Virus record (IMG/VR): IMGVR_UViG_3300032722_000006
Coordinates: 64,001-128,000 of that record
DNA length: 64,000 nucleotides
Direction: 5' to 3' (one strand)
Source of the DNA: a virus
Position 1 is the first letter of the stretch. The number at the start of each line of letters is the position of its first letter. The position numbers and the translations under genes were made by a program. Shown here in pieces: positions 27,323 through 37,217 of the stretch. The notes under the pieces are model-generated. The model was given only the letters and a program-made list of their open reading frames with translations. It was not told the origin of the DNA and did no database searches.

Positions 27323-28837
27323 TTACCTCCATGCGCCCGTCATGGGCCGTTCCTTGCTGAGAAAGATCTGAATCTCGTTCGACGGGAAGTGAAGATTGCA
27401 TCCTTGGCCGAGAACCCAACCCCGACGAACGCGGCTCGACTCAGGCGCAGGTGCCTGACCGTCAGTCATGATTAGCATTCCGTCCCACCGACCACGATTC
27501 TTCGTGCTGTTCACGACCTTCGTGGGAGCGTCAAAATTCGTTCCGCCGCTCTTGACGCGGGTGAGTAGCGGGTTCGTGCCCTTTTTCCATTCGAAGATGT
27601 CCTTGTCACTGCAACTGCAGTCGAACGGGAGGATCGAGATGTCGACCTTCTTCGTAAGCTGCGTCAATTCAGCAAAGAACATCTCAAGCATCTCATTGCC
27701 TACAGAACCTGACATGTCGATTGCAACGATAAGCTTTGCAACGTACCCTCTCTTGAGACCCGGGTGGATGTACGGGTAGCGCCTATTGATGCGCTTGATC
27801 GACGTTGTCCGTGTTCCGCGAACAAGCATGCCAACGAACTGCCTGAGAACTCCCCGCCAGTCGACGATGTTCGACACTGAGCGACGAATCTGCTCACGGA
27901 TGTCCATCGGAATCGATCCCCAACCTTCGGTCTGGCTGTCTGCGTGGCGCACAGCCTTCTCAACGAGCGACTTGCGCTTTCCCTCGATGTACTCACGTTC
28001 TTCTTCGGTGATGTTCTTCCACGCGCTGTGATCGTCCATCGATGGGATCGCAACGTAGATGTCACCTCCACTGCCGGCATCGCCTTCACCACCATCGTCC
28101 GATTGTTCCTCACCTCCCGGACCAGGATCGCCTTTTCCCGGATCGCCATCATTTCCGGGCGAGCCTTTTCCCTTGCCACCTTTTCCCGGTTTCTTTCCCT
28201 TCCTTTTCGACTTTGAGTTCGACTGCATCTTCAGGTACTCATTGAAGTAGTACTCTGACGACATCAAAGGAGGAAGTCCTACGATGAAGTCCGCGAGCTC
28301 ATTCGTCGCTTCCTGCTGCCACTTGGGCAACGTATCGAAGATCTCAGGATCGATCCACGGGCGTTGACCAGGGACGAGGGCACACCTCGGAAGCGGTCGT
28401 GCGACCTCGCCTGGTTTCAGGTCGCGAGGCATCTCAGCGCTCTTCACGATCAGAGAATCGATGCCGCAATCTGTGGCGATGTTCCAACCGTCGGAGGGTT
28501 CACGAACACGAGCGCTCAGGTGACCGAAGACGATGTGATCGAGCTCGTGCTCGATAACGCCCTGAATCTCCCAGTTGGTGAGTCGCTCCATCTTCCTGAC
28601 ACGCTTTTTCTTGTCGTGCGGGCTGACCCACTCACCGCCGGTCATGAACGTCGGATTCACGAACAGCACGAGCTCATCTGCAGACTTGTCGTAGCAGACA
28701 GCGGCTGTCGGAATGTCAAACGTGAAATGCTTGTGAATGTGACGCGACAACTCCGAATAGAACGGATTGTTAGCGAGGAACGGGATCAGGTGACGTGACA
28801 GGTTGAAGTCGACTTTGTCATCGCATACCGTGAACAT
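27323..28837 (-). CDS. DUF2201-type HExxH peptidase + VWA domain protein
   Basis: HELDH, WNIATD, MIDAS motif DMSGS, GGTNF, MTDG. Confidence 0.85.
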   Translation of the reverse strand: MFTVCDDKVDFNLSRHLIPFLANNPFYSELSRHIHKHFTFDIPTAAVCYDKSADELVLFVNPTFMTGGEWVSPHDKKKRVRKMERLTNWEIQGVIEHELDHIVFGHLSARVREPSDGWNIATDCGIDSLIVKSAEMPRDLKPGEVARPLPRCALVPGQRPWIDPEIFDTLPKWQQEATNELADFIVGLPPLMSSEYYFNEYLKMQSNSKSKRKGKKPGKGGKGKGSPGNDGDPGKGDPGPGGEEQSDDGGEGDAGSGGDIYVAIPSMDDHSAWKNITEEEREYIEGKRKSLVEKAVRHADSQTEGWGSIPMDIREQIRRSVSNIVDWRGVLRQFVGMLVRGTRTTSIKRINRRYPYIHPGLKRGYVAKLIVAIDMSGSVGNEMLEMFFAELTQLTKKVDISILPFDCSCSDKDIFEWKKGTNPLLTRVKSGGTNFDAPTKVVNSTKNRGRWDGMLIMTDGQAPAPESSRVRRGWVLGQGCNLHFPSNEIQIFLSKERPMTGAWR

Positions 28838-28875
28838 GATTGTATCCTACCACTTTCGTTGAACGAGGTTCACTG

Positions 28876-29097
28876 TCACGCCTTCGCTGTCCAGGCGCAC
28901 CCACCGATAAAACCAACGATCCCAACGATGATCATCGACGGGAAGAAGTCAATATTCAGCAGGAACACAAGTGGGAAGCCGACGACGAAGTACGATGCAA
29001 AACAGCTCATGAGTACGTACGTTGCGTACTTGAAACCCGACGGAAACATCGAGCTCAACGCTGCACACACGAGCAAAAGTTCAAGCACGCCTGTCAT
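28876..29097 (-). CDS. small membrane protein
   Basis: Hydrophobic, with a leaderless promoter. Confidence 0.55.
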   Translation of the reverse strand: MTGVLELLLVCAALSSMFPSGFKYATYVLMSCFASYFVVGFPLVFLLNIDFFPSMIIVGIVGFIGGCAWTAKA

Positions 29098-29234
29098 GGT
29101 CTGATATTACCATGGCTGTCTAGGCATTGCACTGACCACTTAGGTGGTCTTGGGCGGCCCACCGTTGCCCTCACGTGGGCCTTTTGGGTCCAAGACAGGG
29201 TATCCTACCACCTGCCCGGGCAATTGTCTGTGGG

Positions 29235-29678
29235 TCAATGAAGTGTAAGAATGATCGCAATGGGCACGAGGCACACAAGATGGAAGATTTGGTCCATCGT
29301 GATGACGAGAATGGCCCCTACGGGCGTCGACATCATTGCAATCATTGCGGACTTGTCGTCAATTCTCGTATCATCGAACGCAGGGTGATGTCGCACGTGC
29401 TTCGCCCACCACATGACAGGCCTGTAACTGTCAATGAAAAAGTGCGTGAAGAACAGGATGCAGATGACTGCAACACATGCAAAGACGTTGATGTTCAGAG
29501 CGCATGCCCACGCCGGAAAGAACAGCAACGTGTACTCAGCGCAGTGCCGAGCTCGAACACGAGCGTCCTGTGACTTGGCAATTGCCATCTTGTGCGACTG
29601 AAACGTCCAATCAACAAAGAAGTGCCAGAGCATGAGAAGCGAGAACAATCCGCCTACTTCAGAGAAGTACCTGGTCAT
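29235..29678 (-). CDS. DUF3307 membrane protein
   Basis: HFFVDW.FQ...K, H...Y, THFFID, DQIFH. Confidence 0.8.
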   Translation of the reverse strand: MTRYFSEVGGLFSLLMLWHFFVDWTFQSHKMAIAKSQDARVRARHCAEYTLLFFPAWACALNINVFACVAVICILFFTHFFIDSYRPVMWWAKHVRHHPAFDDTRIDDKSAMIAMMSTPVGAILVITMDQIFHLVCLVPIAIILTLH

Positions 29679-29947
29679 GTGTCCTTCTTCTTTGCAATGT
29701 TCGAACGTGGTTGACCAAGCTTGAGGTTGCCACTTTTCTGTCGTTGGAGGCGATTGACCTTGAACTTCTCGCCCTTGTAGACGATCGTCTGGTTGCCCAC
29801 GTCATCGTTCATGACAGTCCGTGTCACGCTCTCCTCAATCAGATCACCCGTCTTCAGCTCGACAACGTCAAACGTCACCTTCCAATGGTTCTCAGCGCGA
29901 GCGGTGCTCTCACCTGCCGGGCACATCTTGGGAGAGTAACCCATCAA
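29675..29947 (-). CDS. hypothetical protein
   Basis: Coupled ORF. Confidence 0.55.
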   Translation of the reverse strand: MMGYSPKMCPAGESTARAENHWKVTFDVVELKTGDLIEESVTRTVMNDDVGNQTIVYKGEKFKVNRLQRQKSGNLKLGQPRSNIAKKKDT

Positions 29948-30816
29948 CCGCCTTTATTCTCGTAGAGGGAAGTCTGGACATGCTTACGGAACAGATCTGA
30001 CGTCCTCTTCCCGATCGCCTTTCGCGCGTCCTTCGAGTCGACGATCTCACCTGCACCTTCACGGGTGACGTCCTCGACCATCGCGACGATGACATCCTTC
30101 ATGCGATCGAGACCGATCCCGGGATCGAGCTTGTCGAGGACGTGCTGCAACCGCGTAGGTGTGACCCACTCGTTCGCGATATCATCAGCAGCCTCGAGCA
30201 CCGCTAGCTTCGCAGGGTCGCCGACCTCGCGAGGCTTCGCTGTCTCACGTTCTTCGGCGCGCTTGTGCTTGCAGATGACGCGAGACCCGTCGTTCGTCTT
30301 GAATTCCTTCACTGGACGCAGTACGACCCCTTCACGGGGTTGATCGCCTTCGATCCCCCTGCGCTTTGCGACGATGGACGGTGCATCACGCTCAGCGTCG
30401 ATCGCCTCGAACGTGGACGGGATGCGCTTGTACGGGACGAACTCGAGACCCATGCGCTCGACAATCTGACATGCGTTGTCCTGGTCGAGCCAGCAGTCGC
30501 CCACCTTGACCTCGAACGCAATGAAACACAGCGTCTTTCCGTAGCGCCACGACTGTCCTTGCTGCTTTCCGCCGTACGCCTCACCAAAGATCACGATCTC
30601 AGGATGACCGATCGCCTCGAAGCCAGCCTTGAGCGCATCAACGTCAAAGATCTTGACGAAGTTATCGTGTTTCTCACCGCCGGCGAAAAGGTGCACGGTG
30701 CCCTCCTTCCACGAGATGTGCGCGGACGTGCCGTGCACCTTCTCAGAAGCAAAGAGTTCCTTGAAAAGGAGGAAGTCTTGTTCCTTGTATGCGTTCGCAA
30801 TGTGCATGTATCCCAT
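29944..30816 (-). CDS. RNA ligase, Rnl2 family
   Basis: SEKVHGT, FGEAYG, AFE, REGVVLRP, CKHK, C-terminal VT..RL..V. Confidence 0.85.
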   Translation of the reverse strand: MGYMHIANAYKEQDFLLFKELFASEKVHGTSAHISWKEGTVHLFAGGEKHDNFVKIFDVDALKAGFEAIGHPEIVIFGEAYGGKQQGQSWRYGKTLCFIAFEVKVGDCWLDQDNACQIVERMGLEFVPYKRIPSTFEAIDAERDAPSIVAKRRGIEGDQPREGVVLRPVKEFKTNDGSRVICKHKRAEERETAKPREVGDPAKLAVLEAADDIANEWVTPTRLQHVLDKLDPGIGLDRMKDVIVAMVEDVTREGAGEIVDSKDARKAIGKRTSDLFRKHVQTSLYENKGG

Positions 30817-30836
30817 AGTGTGTCTCCGTAATGATA

Positions 30837-31091
30837 TTAGATGCCTTCTACCGTGGCTCCGACAGCTGCAAACCTCTCGTATAGTTCACACGCCTCGCGG
30901 CGAGAGACGCAGCGTAGAATGCACACGCGTTCGCCCGCCCGGACTCGATTGTAGGCCTTGATGACGTCAGCCAGAGGCCGAGGTAGTCTGTTATCACCAT
31001 GGTGAAATTCCCTGATGAGTTTTAGTATCGCAAGCTTGTCACCGTCGACGCATGTGAGGTACGTATCGAACGTAGGAACAGGATCTGGCAA
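30837..31091 (-). CDS. ribosomal protein L7/L12 C-terminal-domain-like protein
   Basis: DKLAILKLIRE...VSRREA...F.AVGATVE. Confidence 0.5.
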   Translation of the reverse strand: MPDPVPTFDTYLTCVDGDKLAILKLIREFHHGDNRLPRPLADVIKAYNRVRAGERVCILRCVSRREACELYERFAAVGATVEGI

Positions 31092-31312
31092 GATCTCGTA
31101 CGGACCGGCATCATACGTTCTGCATCATCGTACTCAACGATCTCGTATCGAAGATCCTCATGCGGTGACATCACGTACTTCATCGTGAGTGCTTCACACA
31201 TGACGTCAGCCTTCTCACGCTCCCTTATGCCTTCAGCGATCTTGTGATGACCTATGCGACCTACCCCTGTGCCACTTCTGGACTCGACAATCAAAACAGT
31301 TTCATGTGTCCC

Positions 31313-31483
31313 TCACGGATCCCACGTCATCCCGCGGGCTTTCTTTTCGTGTCGTGTGAGAAGCCACCACACGAGAGCAACCAACTGCCTGTGACTCATC
31401 TCGTCAATGTCGTGCAGCTTAAGCGACCTTGCGAGCCTCAGCAGGTTCTCGTGCTTAGCTCGCTTGAGGTCTGACTTTTTCAT
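31313..31483 (-). CDS. small hypothetical protein (56 aa)
   Basis: MKKSDLKRAKHENLLRLARSL..., ATGA-coupled. Confidence 0.55.
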   Translation of the reverse strand: MKKSDLKRAKHENLLRLARSLKLHDIDEMSHRQLVALVWWLLTRHEKKARGMTWDP

Positions 31484-31764
31484 CGTTGAGGGTTGTTGCC
31501 GTTCTTCCTACCTTGCAATGCAACACGCATGATAGCAGGAATCTCCTTGTTGGGATCCGGGATCTCATGCTTAGCATAGCACACAGCGCAGGTAAGGTAG
31601 TACGTGTAGTAGCTCTTGCCCGATTCTGGTTCTCGCATGTCACAGTATCCTTCATGGAACTGTGTCATGACATCATCAGCGTCAGCTTCAAGCTCTGACT
31701 CGCACTTGGCACATGTGAACCGGTGTCTCCAGTTCGACCAGTCAACCTTCTTGATGATCTTCAT
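31480..31764 (-). CDS. zinc-ribbon protein
   Basis: FTCAKC...LTCAVC. Confidence 0.65.
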   Translation of the reverse strand: MKIIKKVDWSNWRHRFTCAKCESELEADADDVMTQFHEGYCDMREPESGKSYYTYYLTCAVCYAKHEIPDPNKEIPAIMRVALQGRKNGNNPQR

Positions 31765-31765
31765 C

Positions 31766-31969
31766 CTACACCTTCTTCTGTACCTCGATGTACGCCGCGA
31801 GGGCCTTGAAGAGCTTCTCTGCGTCGGACGGGATCAGAGAGAATCTGACAGTGCGTCCAGGGTTGTAGCGAGGTTGCATCTCAAAAGAGAACTCTCCCTT
31901 TGAGGTTTCCGCGCCCGGGTCGATGATGTGCATTTGTACAACTTTTTGTCCTTCATTTTCAATCATCAT
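31766..31969 (-). CDS. hypothetical protein
   Basis: Packed ORF. Confidence 0.5.
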   Translation of the reverse strand: MMIENEGQKVVQMHIIDPGAETSKGEFSFEMQPRYNPGRTVRFSLIPSDAEKLFKALAAYIEVQKKV

Positions 31970-32354
31970 GAACTTCCTTTGCTAGCCAGTGTGATTTGTT
32001 TGCGTATTGTAGAACGCGCTTTAGATAATCAAAATTCTCAATGATTCCAAGATTCAAATTACAACGTGCATGCAACAAACCTCTGACCGTGTTTGTCTGA
32101 TGATCGTGATCAATGTATGGTGGCATGTTTGGCGTAAACGGTTTCAAACATATCAAACACACACCTTTACATGCAATCAACAACGCATCATACGCAGGTT
32201 TCCCAATACCATACATTTGACATAGACGAGTATCACTCGTTGGTGCACACGTATAGCAAAATGCGCGCTTGTTGCCAACAGCATAATGATCAAATTCATT
32301 ACCACATACACGACAAATTAAGCGTCTAGGAATTCGTCGAACACCTCTAGTCAT
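31959..32354 (-). CDS. endonuclease VII-like (homing) nuclease
   Basis: YGI...Y...CLIC...IDHDH.T..VRGLL...CN..LG, lower GC. Confidence 0.85.
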   Translation of the reverse strand: MTRGVRRIPRRLICRVCGNEFDHYAVGNKRAFCYTCAPTSDTRLCQMYGIGKPAYDALLIACKGVCLICLKPFTPNMPPYIDHDHQTNTVRGLLHARCNLNLGIIENFDYLKRVLQYANKSHWLAKEVHDD

Positions 32355-32391
32355 GGTCACCACTGTACCACCTCGGGGCCACAAATTTCAC

Positions 32392-32607
32392 TCACCAGAG
32401 GTCCCATGTGCTCATCGTGGGGGCGTTGAAGCACTCGTCATCGAAACTCTCAGGATCGAGGACGAATCTCCGGGTAATGCGATTGAGTGCGCGCCGGTGG
32501 CGCCTGTTTGCTATCCTCTTGTGATCGCGGATACACTGTGATGAGATGCAGGCATAACGCTTGACGTGGCTGCAGTCTGCCTGGACTGCGGGCTTTGATG
32601 TGATCAT
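32392..32607 (-). CDS. small basic protein
   Basis: KRIANRRHRR...STWDLW, structured leader. Confidence 0.6.
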   Translation of the reverse strand: MITSKPAVQADCSHVKRYACISSQCIRDHKRIANRRHRRALNRITRRFVLDPESFDDECFNAPTMSTWDLW

Positions 32608-32673
32608 GGACAGGGTCTCCTTTCGAGCACCCTAAAGCATGTCACCCTCCATCATCATGATCGTACCTATCAC

Positions 32674-32934
32674 TCACTCGTGCGGATAGCCTTCAAACTG
32701 AGGCTCTTCGCCATGAAGAAACCAGCGTTCGGCCTCGTAGTTCCAGTGCCTGATGTCGTGAAGGTTGAATTCGAACATGTAACTTCGAAGCTGAACGCAA
32801 AACGACAACCCGGCGTGGTTGCCACGAGAATTGATGTGCAGGTAGCAATCGAATCCCTTGAACGTCGTGCCAGTCTGATAACCGACCTCGAGCGCCTTGT
32901 TGCGTCCCAACGGCCTTGAGAAGTACTTGTGCAT
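32674..32934 (-). CDS. hypothetical protein
   Basis: SD GGAG, D.RHWN.E..RW. Confidence 0.6.
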   Translation of the reverse strand: MHKYFSRPLGRNKALEVGYQTGTTFKGFDCYLHINSRGNHAGLSFCVQLRSYMFEFNLHDIRHWNYEAERWFLHGEEPQFEGYPHE

Positions 32935-32972
32935 TGTGTTGTCTCCGTAGCTATCGAACCGCATGAATGATC

Positions 32973-33320
32973 TCAGATGAACTGGTGCCAGACGTAGCAC
33001 ACGAGCAGGAACCACGGGTAGACGAACGCAATGTCTAAGAACTTCCAGAAGATGCTGTTCGCAATTGCCTCGTTAAGAGCGTCTTTCTTCTTGTCGTCAG
33101 ACGTCTTCGTGTCAAGATCAGGCTTCTTTGTAATGCCCGCAACGTACGAAAAGATCGAGATGAAGAGCATGAGTCCAACTGCATGCCACATGTTCACCTG
33201 CAGATCCGTGAACCTGCCGAGGATGAACCACAACCAGAGCTTAGCGATGATGAATCCCGCAAAGATGTCACGGACGATGCCGAATGCCAACGAAACAAGT
33301 CCGCCGAATAGTGTAACCAT
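32973..33320 (-). CDS. membrane protein
   Basis: LWLWF, three TM segments, leaderless promoter. Confidence 0.65.
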   Translation of the reverse strand: MVTLFGGLVSLAFGIVRDIFAGFIIAKLWLWFILGRFTDLQVNMWHAVGLMLFISIFSYVAGITKKPDLDTKTSDDKKKDALNEAIANSIFWKFLDIAFVYPWFLLVCYVWHQFI

Positions 33321-33337
33321 GCGTCAATCGTACATCA

Positions 33338-34189
33338 TCACGGGATGTCTTTACACCCGCGTGTACCCGTCTCATACCACGCGAATCCCTCATAGTGAGC
33401 GACAGTCATCGGTCGGGCTCGACCCCGAACCCCTTGGATGTGGCCGCCCTTGAGGCCTGAGTGGTACGGACGTCCGCTCTCGTTGACGACCCATTCGTCG
33501 ATATTTCCAACCTGATCGTGCACGCCAAATGGACTGACACACGTGTCACGTGTCCCAGACGGCTCAAGAAGGTTGTCGAGCGCTTTCGCCTCAGGCCCAT
33601 CAGATGTCGTCGCCTTGAATACGTCCAGGCCCCGGGGCAGGAAATTGTCAGTGTTGCAAGCGTTCCTGTTGCGATGGTAACCGTCGCCGTACGGGTACGG
33701 ATGCATGTCAGGACCTTCGGCGGCGAACGTCCATTCGCTGTCAGTGCACAGACGCTTTCCGATCGCCTCGAGCTCACGCTTAGCGTCGTACCACGTCATC
33801 CACGACCTCGGACGGGTACCCAAAGTGTTAGGAAATTCAAAGCGATCAATGCAGAAATGTTTGTGCAACGTGTGCTCTGACAAACACCGAGTTGGGAACT
33901 TGAATTCTCCGCATCGACCAACTTCGGGACCCATCTGATCCGGATCTTCTGTGGGTTCTCCTTTGATGTCGACCCAACGCAGGCACACCTCTTCAACCTG
34001 CGGGCAATACTCACTGTCTACCTCTACCATGTCATCCGGGCACACAGACCGACCCACGTATTCATTGACAGGCACGGATGGTGTATCTACGGTCGCTGCA
34101 ACACGCAAATTTTCAATCGGTTGGGCACCAAATCCTGGTAGCGCGACACCCGCACAGACAAAAGCCCCGACGATTACAACTCTTTTCAT
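33338..34189 (-). CDS. FGE/SUMF1 (formylglycine-generating-enzyme-like) domain secreted protein
   Basis: CPDDMV, FCIDRFEFPN, GKRLCTDSEW, YPYG, SPFGVHDQVGNIDEW. Confidence 0.85.
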   Translation of the reverse strand: MKRVVIVGAFVCAGVALPGFGAQPIENLRVAATVDTPSVPVNEYVGRSVCPDDMVEVDSEYCPQVEEVCLRWVDIKGEPTEDPDQMGPEVGRCGEFKFPTRCLSEHTLHKHFCIDRFEFPNTLGTRPRSWMTWYDAKRELEAIGKRLCTDSEWTFAAEGPDMHPYPYGDGYHRNRNACNTDNFLPRGLDVFKATTSDGPEAKALDNLLEPSGTRDTCVSPFGVHDQVGNIDEWVVNESGRPYHSGLKGGHIQGVRGRARPMTVAHYEGFAWYETGTRGCKDIP

Positions 34190-34192
34190 CTG

Positions 34193-34507
34193 TTATTCTT
34201 CACCTTCGTAACACCGGTCGCACCAGTCACCGCTCCAACAGAGGTGTACGAATCCCAGATCAAAACTGTCGTGGGGCCCATCGTAGTAACAGTGGTGACG
34301 TCCAAGCGACCAATATTTTGTGAACGTAATCAAGTAGTAACTCGACTTCATAAAGTGCCACTCGAGCGTCTTCGCATCCTGGTACTGCTGTGACCAGCCC
34401 AGACCAAAGAGTTCAGTGTGAAACACCCAACGCCAACCAAGGATGCTGGGTCGAGCGATACCGTCCGGACTGACGTTTCTGTCAGGCTTTGTGGCAAAGA
34501 AAATCAT
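34193..34507 (-). CDS. hypothetical protein
   Basis: Coupled ORF, YYDGPH motif. Confidence 0.6.
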   Translation of the reverse strand: MIFFATKPDRNVSPDGIARPSILGWRWVFHTELFGLGWSQQYQDAKTLEWHFMKSSYYLITFTKYWSLGRHHCYYDGPHDSFDLGFVHLCWSGDWCDRCYEGEE

Positions 34508-35862
34508 GTAGCTTCAATGTACCTCACTCCTGCCTCAATGACCTTCGGATCAACATCAGCAGCCGAGCGGAGACGCATGTACACCGGAAAGCGCATCTTG
34601 CCGTCCTTGCTCAGACCGTCAGCAGTGAGCGGATCAGGTTGCGCCTTACACTCCACGATCTTGCCGATCCATGCATCTGGAGTATCGAGTTGGATCTGAG
34701 CACGTTCTGCGTCATTGAACCCGCCTCCGCACCGGGTGACGATGCCGTTTGGAAGCACTACGTAGAAACCTCCCCACAGTCCTTCACGCTTGCTACCGCG
34801 GTGTCCCTCATAGTGACCCACGATGACGCCTTCGTACGTGACGAAAGGCTTCAGTTTGAGGATATTCTCGCTGCGCTTGAAGACGTACGGCGTATTGAGG
34901 GTCTTCAGCATGACGCCTTCGAAACCTTCGTCCATGCACTTCGCGAAGTACGCCTTGAGCTCGAGCTCATTCTTCGCCATGATGTGCGGGACCTGCCGCA
35001 CAGGAGATCCTTCAGGAAGAGCGTCCATGATGACGCCGACGTTCGCAGCTCGGAGACGATACTGTTCGTCGTCCTCCTGCGATTCCCAACTCTTGATGCT
35101 CACACAGTCGAAGACGTTGTAGATGAGGTTACTGTCATCTTTCTTCGTCTTTGACGACATCAGGACGCTGGCACTCTCGTTCCAATCAGCAGCCATGGCC
35201 TCGCCATCGAGTACGCTGTTATCGAACGGTGCAGCCTCGAGCACAGCCTTGATGCGCGGGAGCGTATCGAGCACCGTGCCGTTGCGGGTGTAGAAGGTGA
35301 CCACACCCTGCTTCTTCACTGCGATGCAGCGCAGGCCATCGAGCTTCGGCTCGACACGGACCGGGTAGCTCACGGGCTCGAGGATCTTGATGCCTTCGCC
35401 TTTGACGAACTCGCTCTTGAGGGTGCATGCGAGCGCGACAGCAAAGCTCTTGACGATGCCTGGCCACACCTTGTTGATGCTCGACTCCTGCACGCCACAA
35501 CGCAGGTTCTTCAGGAGGATGCGTAGGCACCACTTCTGGAGCGTCTCATTGGGCATTGACCTGAAGCGACTCTCCACCAGAGCCTTCGCTGCATTTCCCG
35601 TCACCTTCCGTGTGGACAGCTGCGTCTGTAGCGTATCAAGAAAATCCTCAAGAAATTCATCATCACTGATCTCATGTGAGAGCACGCCCGGCTTGGGCAT
35701 CTTGAACTTGTTGACGTAGTACACCGTGTAGGGATCCTGCGCCGCCACGAACACACGCTTCAGGAGCTCGTTTTTTCGATGAAGCTCCAGGATGTCGCGC
35801 TTCGCATTGCTTCCAGCAGTCGCCTCAAGCTCTTCGAGAATGTCAATGACCGTGTCGCTCAT
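34504..35862 (-). CDS. ATP-dependent DNA ligase
   Basis: EPKLDGLRC, LDGE, FD, EGVMLK, LKLK, C-terminal OB fold ending MRFPVY..R. Confidence 0.93.
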   Translation of the reverse strand: MSDTVIDILEELEATAGSNAKRDILELHRKNELLKRVFVAAQDPYTVYYVNKFKMPKPGVLSHEISDDEFLEDFLDTLQTQLSTRKVTGNAAKALVESRFRSMPNETLQKWCLRILLKNLRCGVQESSINKVWPGIVKSFAVALACTLKSEFVKGEGIKILEPVSYPVRVEPKLDGLRCIAVKKQGVVTFYTRNGTVLDTLPRIKAVLEAAPFDNSVLDGEAMAADWNESASVLMSSKTKKDDSNLIYNVFDCVSIKSWESQEDDEQYRLRAANVGVIMDALPEGSPVRQVPHIMAKNELELKAYFAKCMDEGFEGVMLKTLNTPYVFKRSENILKLKPFVTYEGVIVGHYEGHRGSKREGLWGGFYVVLPNGIVTRCGGGFNDAERAQIQLDTPDAWIGKIVECKAQPDPLTADGLSKDGKMRFPVYMRLRSAADVDPKVIEAGVRYIEAT

Positions 35863-36101
35863 GGGTCCACCTTACCACAGCCGCCCGCGGGTTGCACAAG
35901 TGCCCGGGCAAGAAGACTTGCTTCGATGCTTGTCATGACAGTGCGAATCGCTTCGCCGTCGTCATTTATCTGAACGATCTCAATCTCTCCCGAACGTCGA
36001 TCGCGATAGACGTAGATCGTTGATCGATCGTCAGCATCGTCATGCTCAAAGATCTGATCGCAGGAGTCCCTATACGTGTCGAGGTTGATGATGTCTCCCA
36101 T
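35859..36101 (-). CDS. hypothetical protein
   Basis: SD-led ORF. Confidence 0.6.
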   Translation of the reverse strand: MGDIINLDTYRDSCDQIFEHDDADDRSTIYVYRDRRSGEIEIVQINDDGEAIRTVMTSIEASLLARALVQPAGGCGKVDP

Positions 36102-36110
36102 TTCGATCTC

Positions 36111-36545
36111 CTACAGAAGCTTCAACACGTTTAGATCGTGGACTATGCAGCGACCGACGGGCGTGATGAACGTGTGCTTGACAACACGTACCTCATGAGG
36201 AACACCCGAGATTACCTTGCGTTCAGAGACCCTTACCGGTCCTGAATACATCAGTAGCGATCCTTTCGGAACAGGCGCCTTTCCATCATCACCATGATAT
36301 TTTTCGAGCGGAGCGAACGGATACACACCACGCTCAGTCGAAATCTTCATGTCAAACTTTGCCATCACTGGGTGACCGGTGACAAGCGCTGAGGCGATCT
36401 CGTTGTTCTTCAACGAGACGGGTGCTTTGTAGGGTGCCGGGATCGCTCGCTTGGACGAAATCGGTCCTGTTTGCGGATCCTTCCACTCGATCGTAGTGTC
36501 CACCGCAATCTTGATGGGCTTTTTATTGTTGGTGTAGTGCCGCAT
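36111..36545 (-). CDS. hypothetical protein
   Basis: Leaderless promoter. Confidence 0.65.
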   Translation of the reverse strand: MRHYTNNKKPIKIAVDTTIEWKDPQTGPISSKRAIPAPYKAPVSLKNNEIASALVTGHPVMAKFDMKISTERGVYPFAPLEKYHGDDGKAPVPKGSLLMYSGPVRVSERKVISGVPHEVRVVKHTFITPVGRCIVHDLNVLKLL

Positions 36546-36776
36546 AGAACAATACTACCACCCGTGGAGTGTACTTTACACAGTACGACAATGGGCCCGT
36601 GTCTCCGACGTTTGCTGTCGTATGACCGGGCCCTACGTTACTTGCGATAGGCAGTTCTCGCGTTCACATTCTCTTATCAAGTGACCCGCATGCGTGTGTT
36701 ACACGCTGCCCGGGCGCTTACTTGTGGGGGCCAAAGCACACTCCCCCAACGTTAGAACACTGTGTTTTTTCTCATG

Positions 36777-37217
36777 TCATGCACTTGTTCCTTTCGCCAT
36801 GCGTTCACGATCAGGGTTCTCAAATCTCTCTAGCAGAGGCACGATGTACTTTTCCCACATCATGTCACATACCATGTCCTTGCGTGCTGTCTTCTCGTCC
36901 CTAGATGGAGTCGTCTTTCCTACACCAAGCCTGTGCGTCAAACCGATCGATGCAGTTTCACTTGCGGATGTCCCCGACTGCTTCAGGACCTCATTTACCT
37001 TCGCTCGAGCTGCCTTGCGCCAAAGCTTGCGAAACTTGCGCTTGAGCGCGCGGGCTTCCTCGCGTGATAGCTGTGATAGCGCTCGACGCATGTCAAGATG
37101 AGAATTTTCCATGGGAAGGATACCGGACTCGAACATCACCGCGTTGATGAACGCACGGTCAACGTCCCTGAGTTCGCTAAGCCTCGTGCGTTTTTGCTTC
37201 TTTGTTGTCCACGCCAT
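36777..37217 (-). CDS. basic hypothetical protein
   Basis: 146-aa ORF. Confidence 0.6.
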   Translation of the reverse strand: MAWTTKKQKRTRLSELRDVDRAFINAVMFESGILPMENSHLDMRRALSQLSREEARALKRKFRKLWRKAARAKVNEVLKQSGTSASETASIGLTHRLGVGKTTPSRDEKTARKDMVCDMMWEKYIVPLLERFENPDRERMAKGTSA

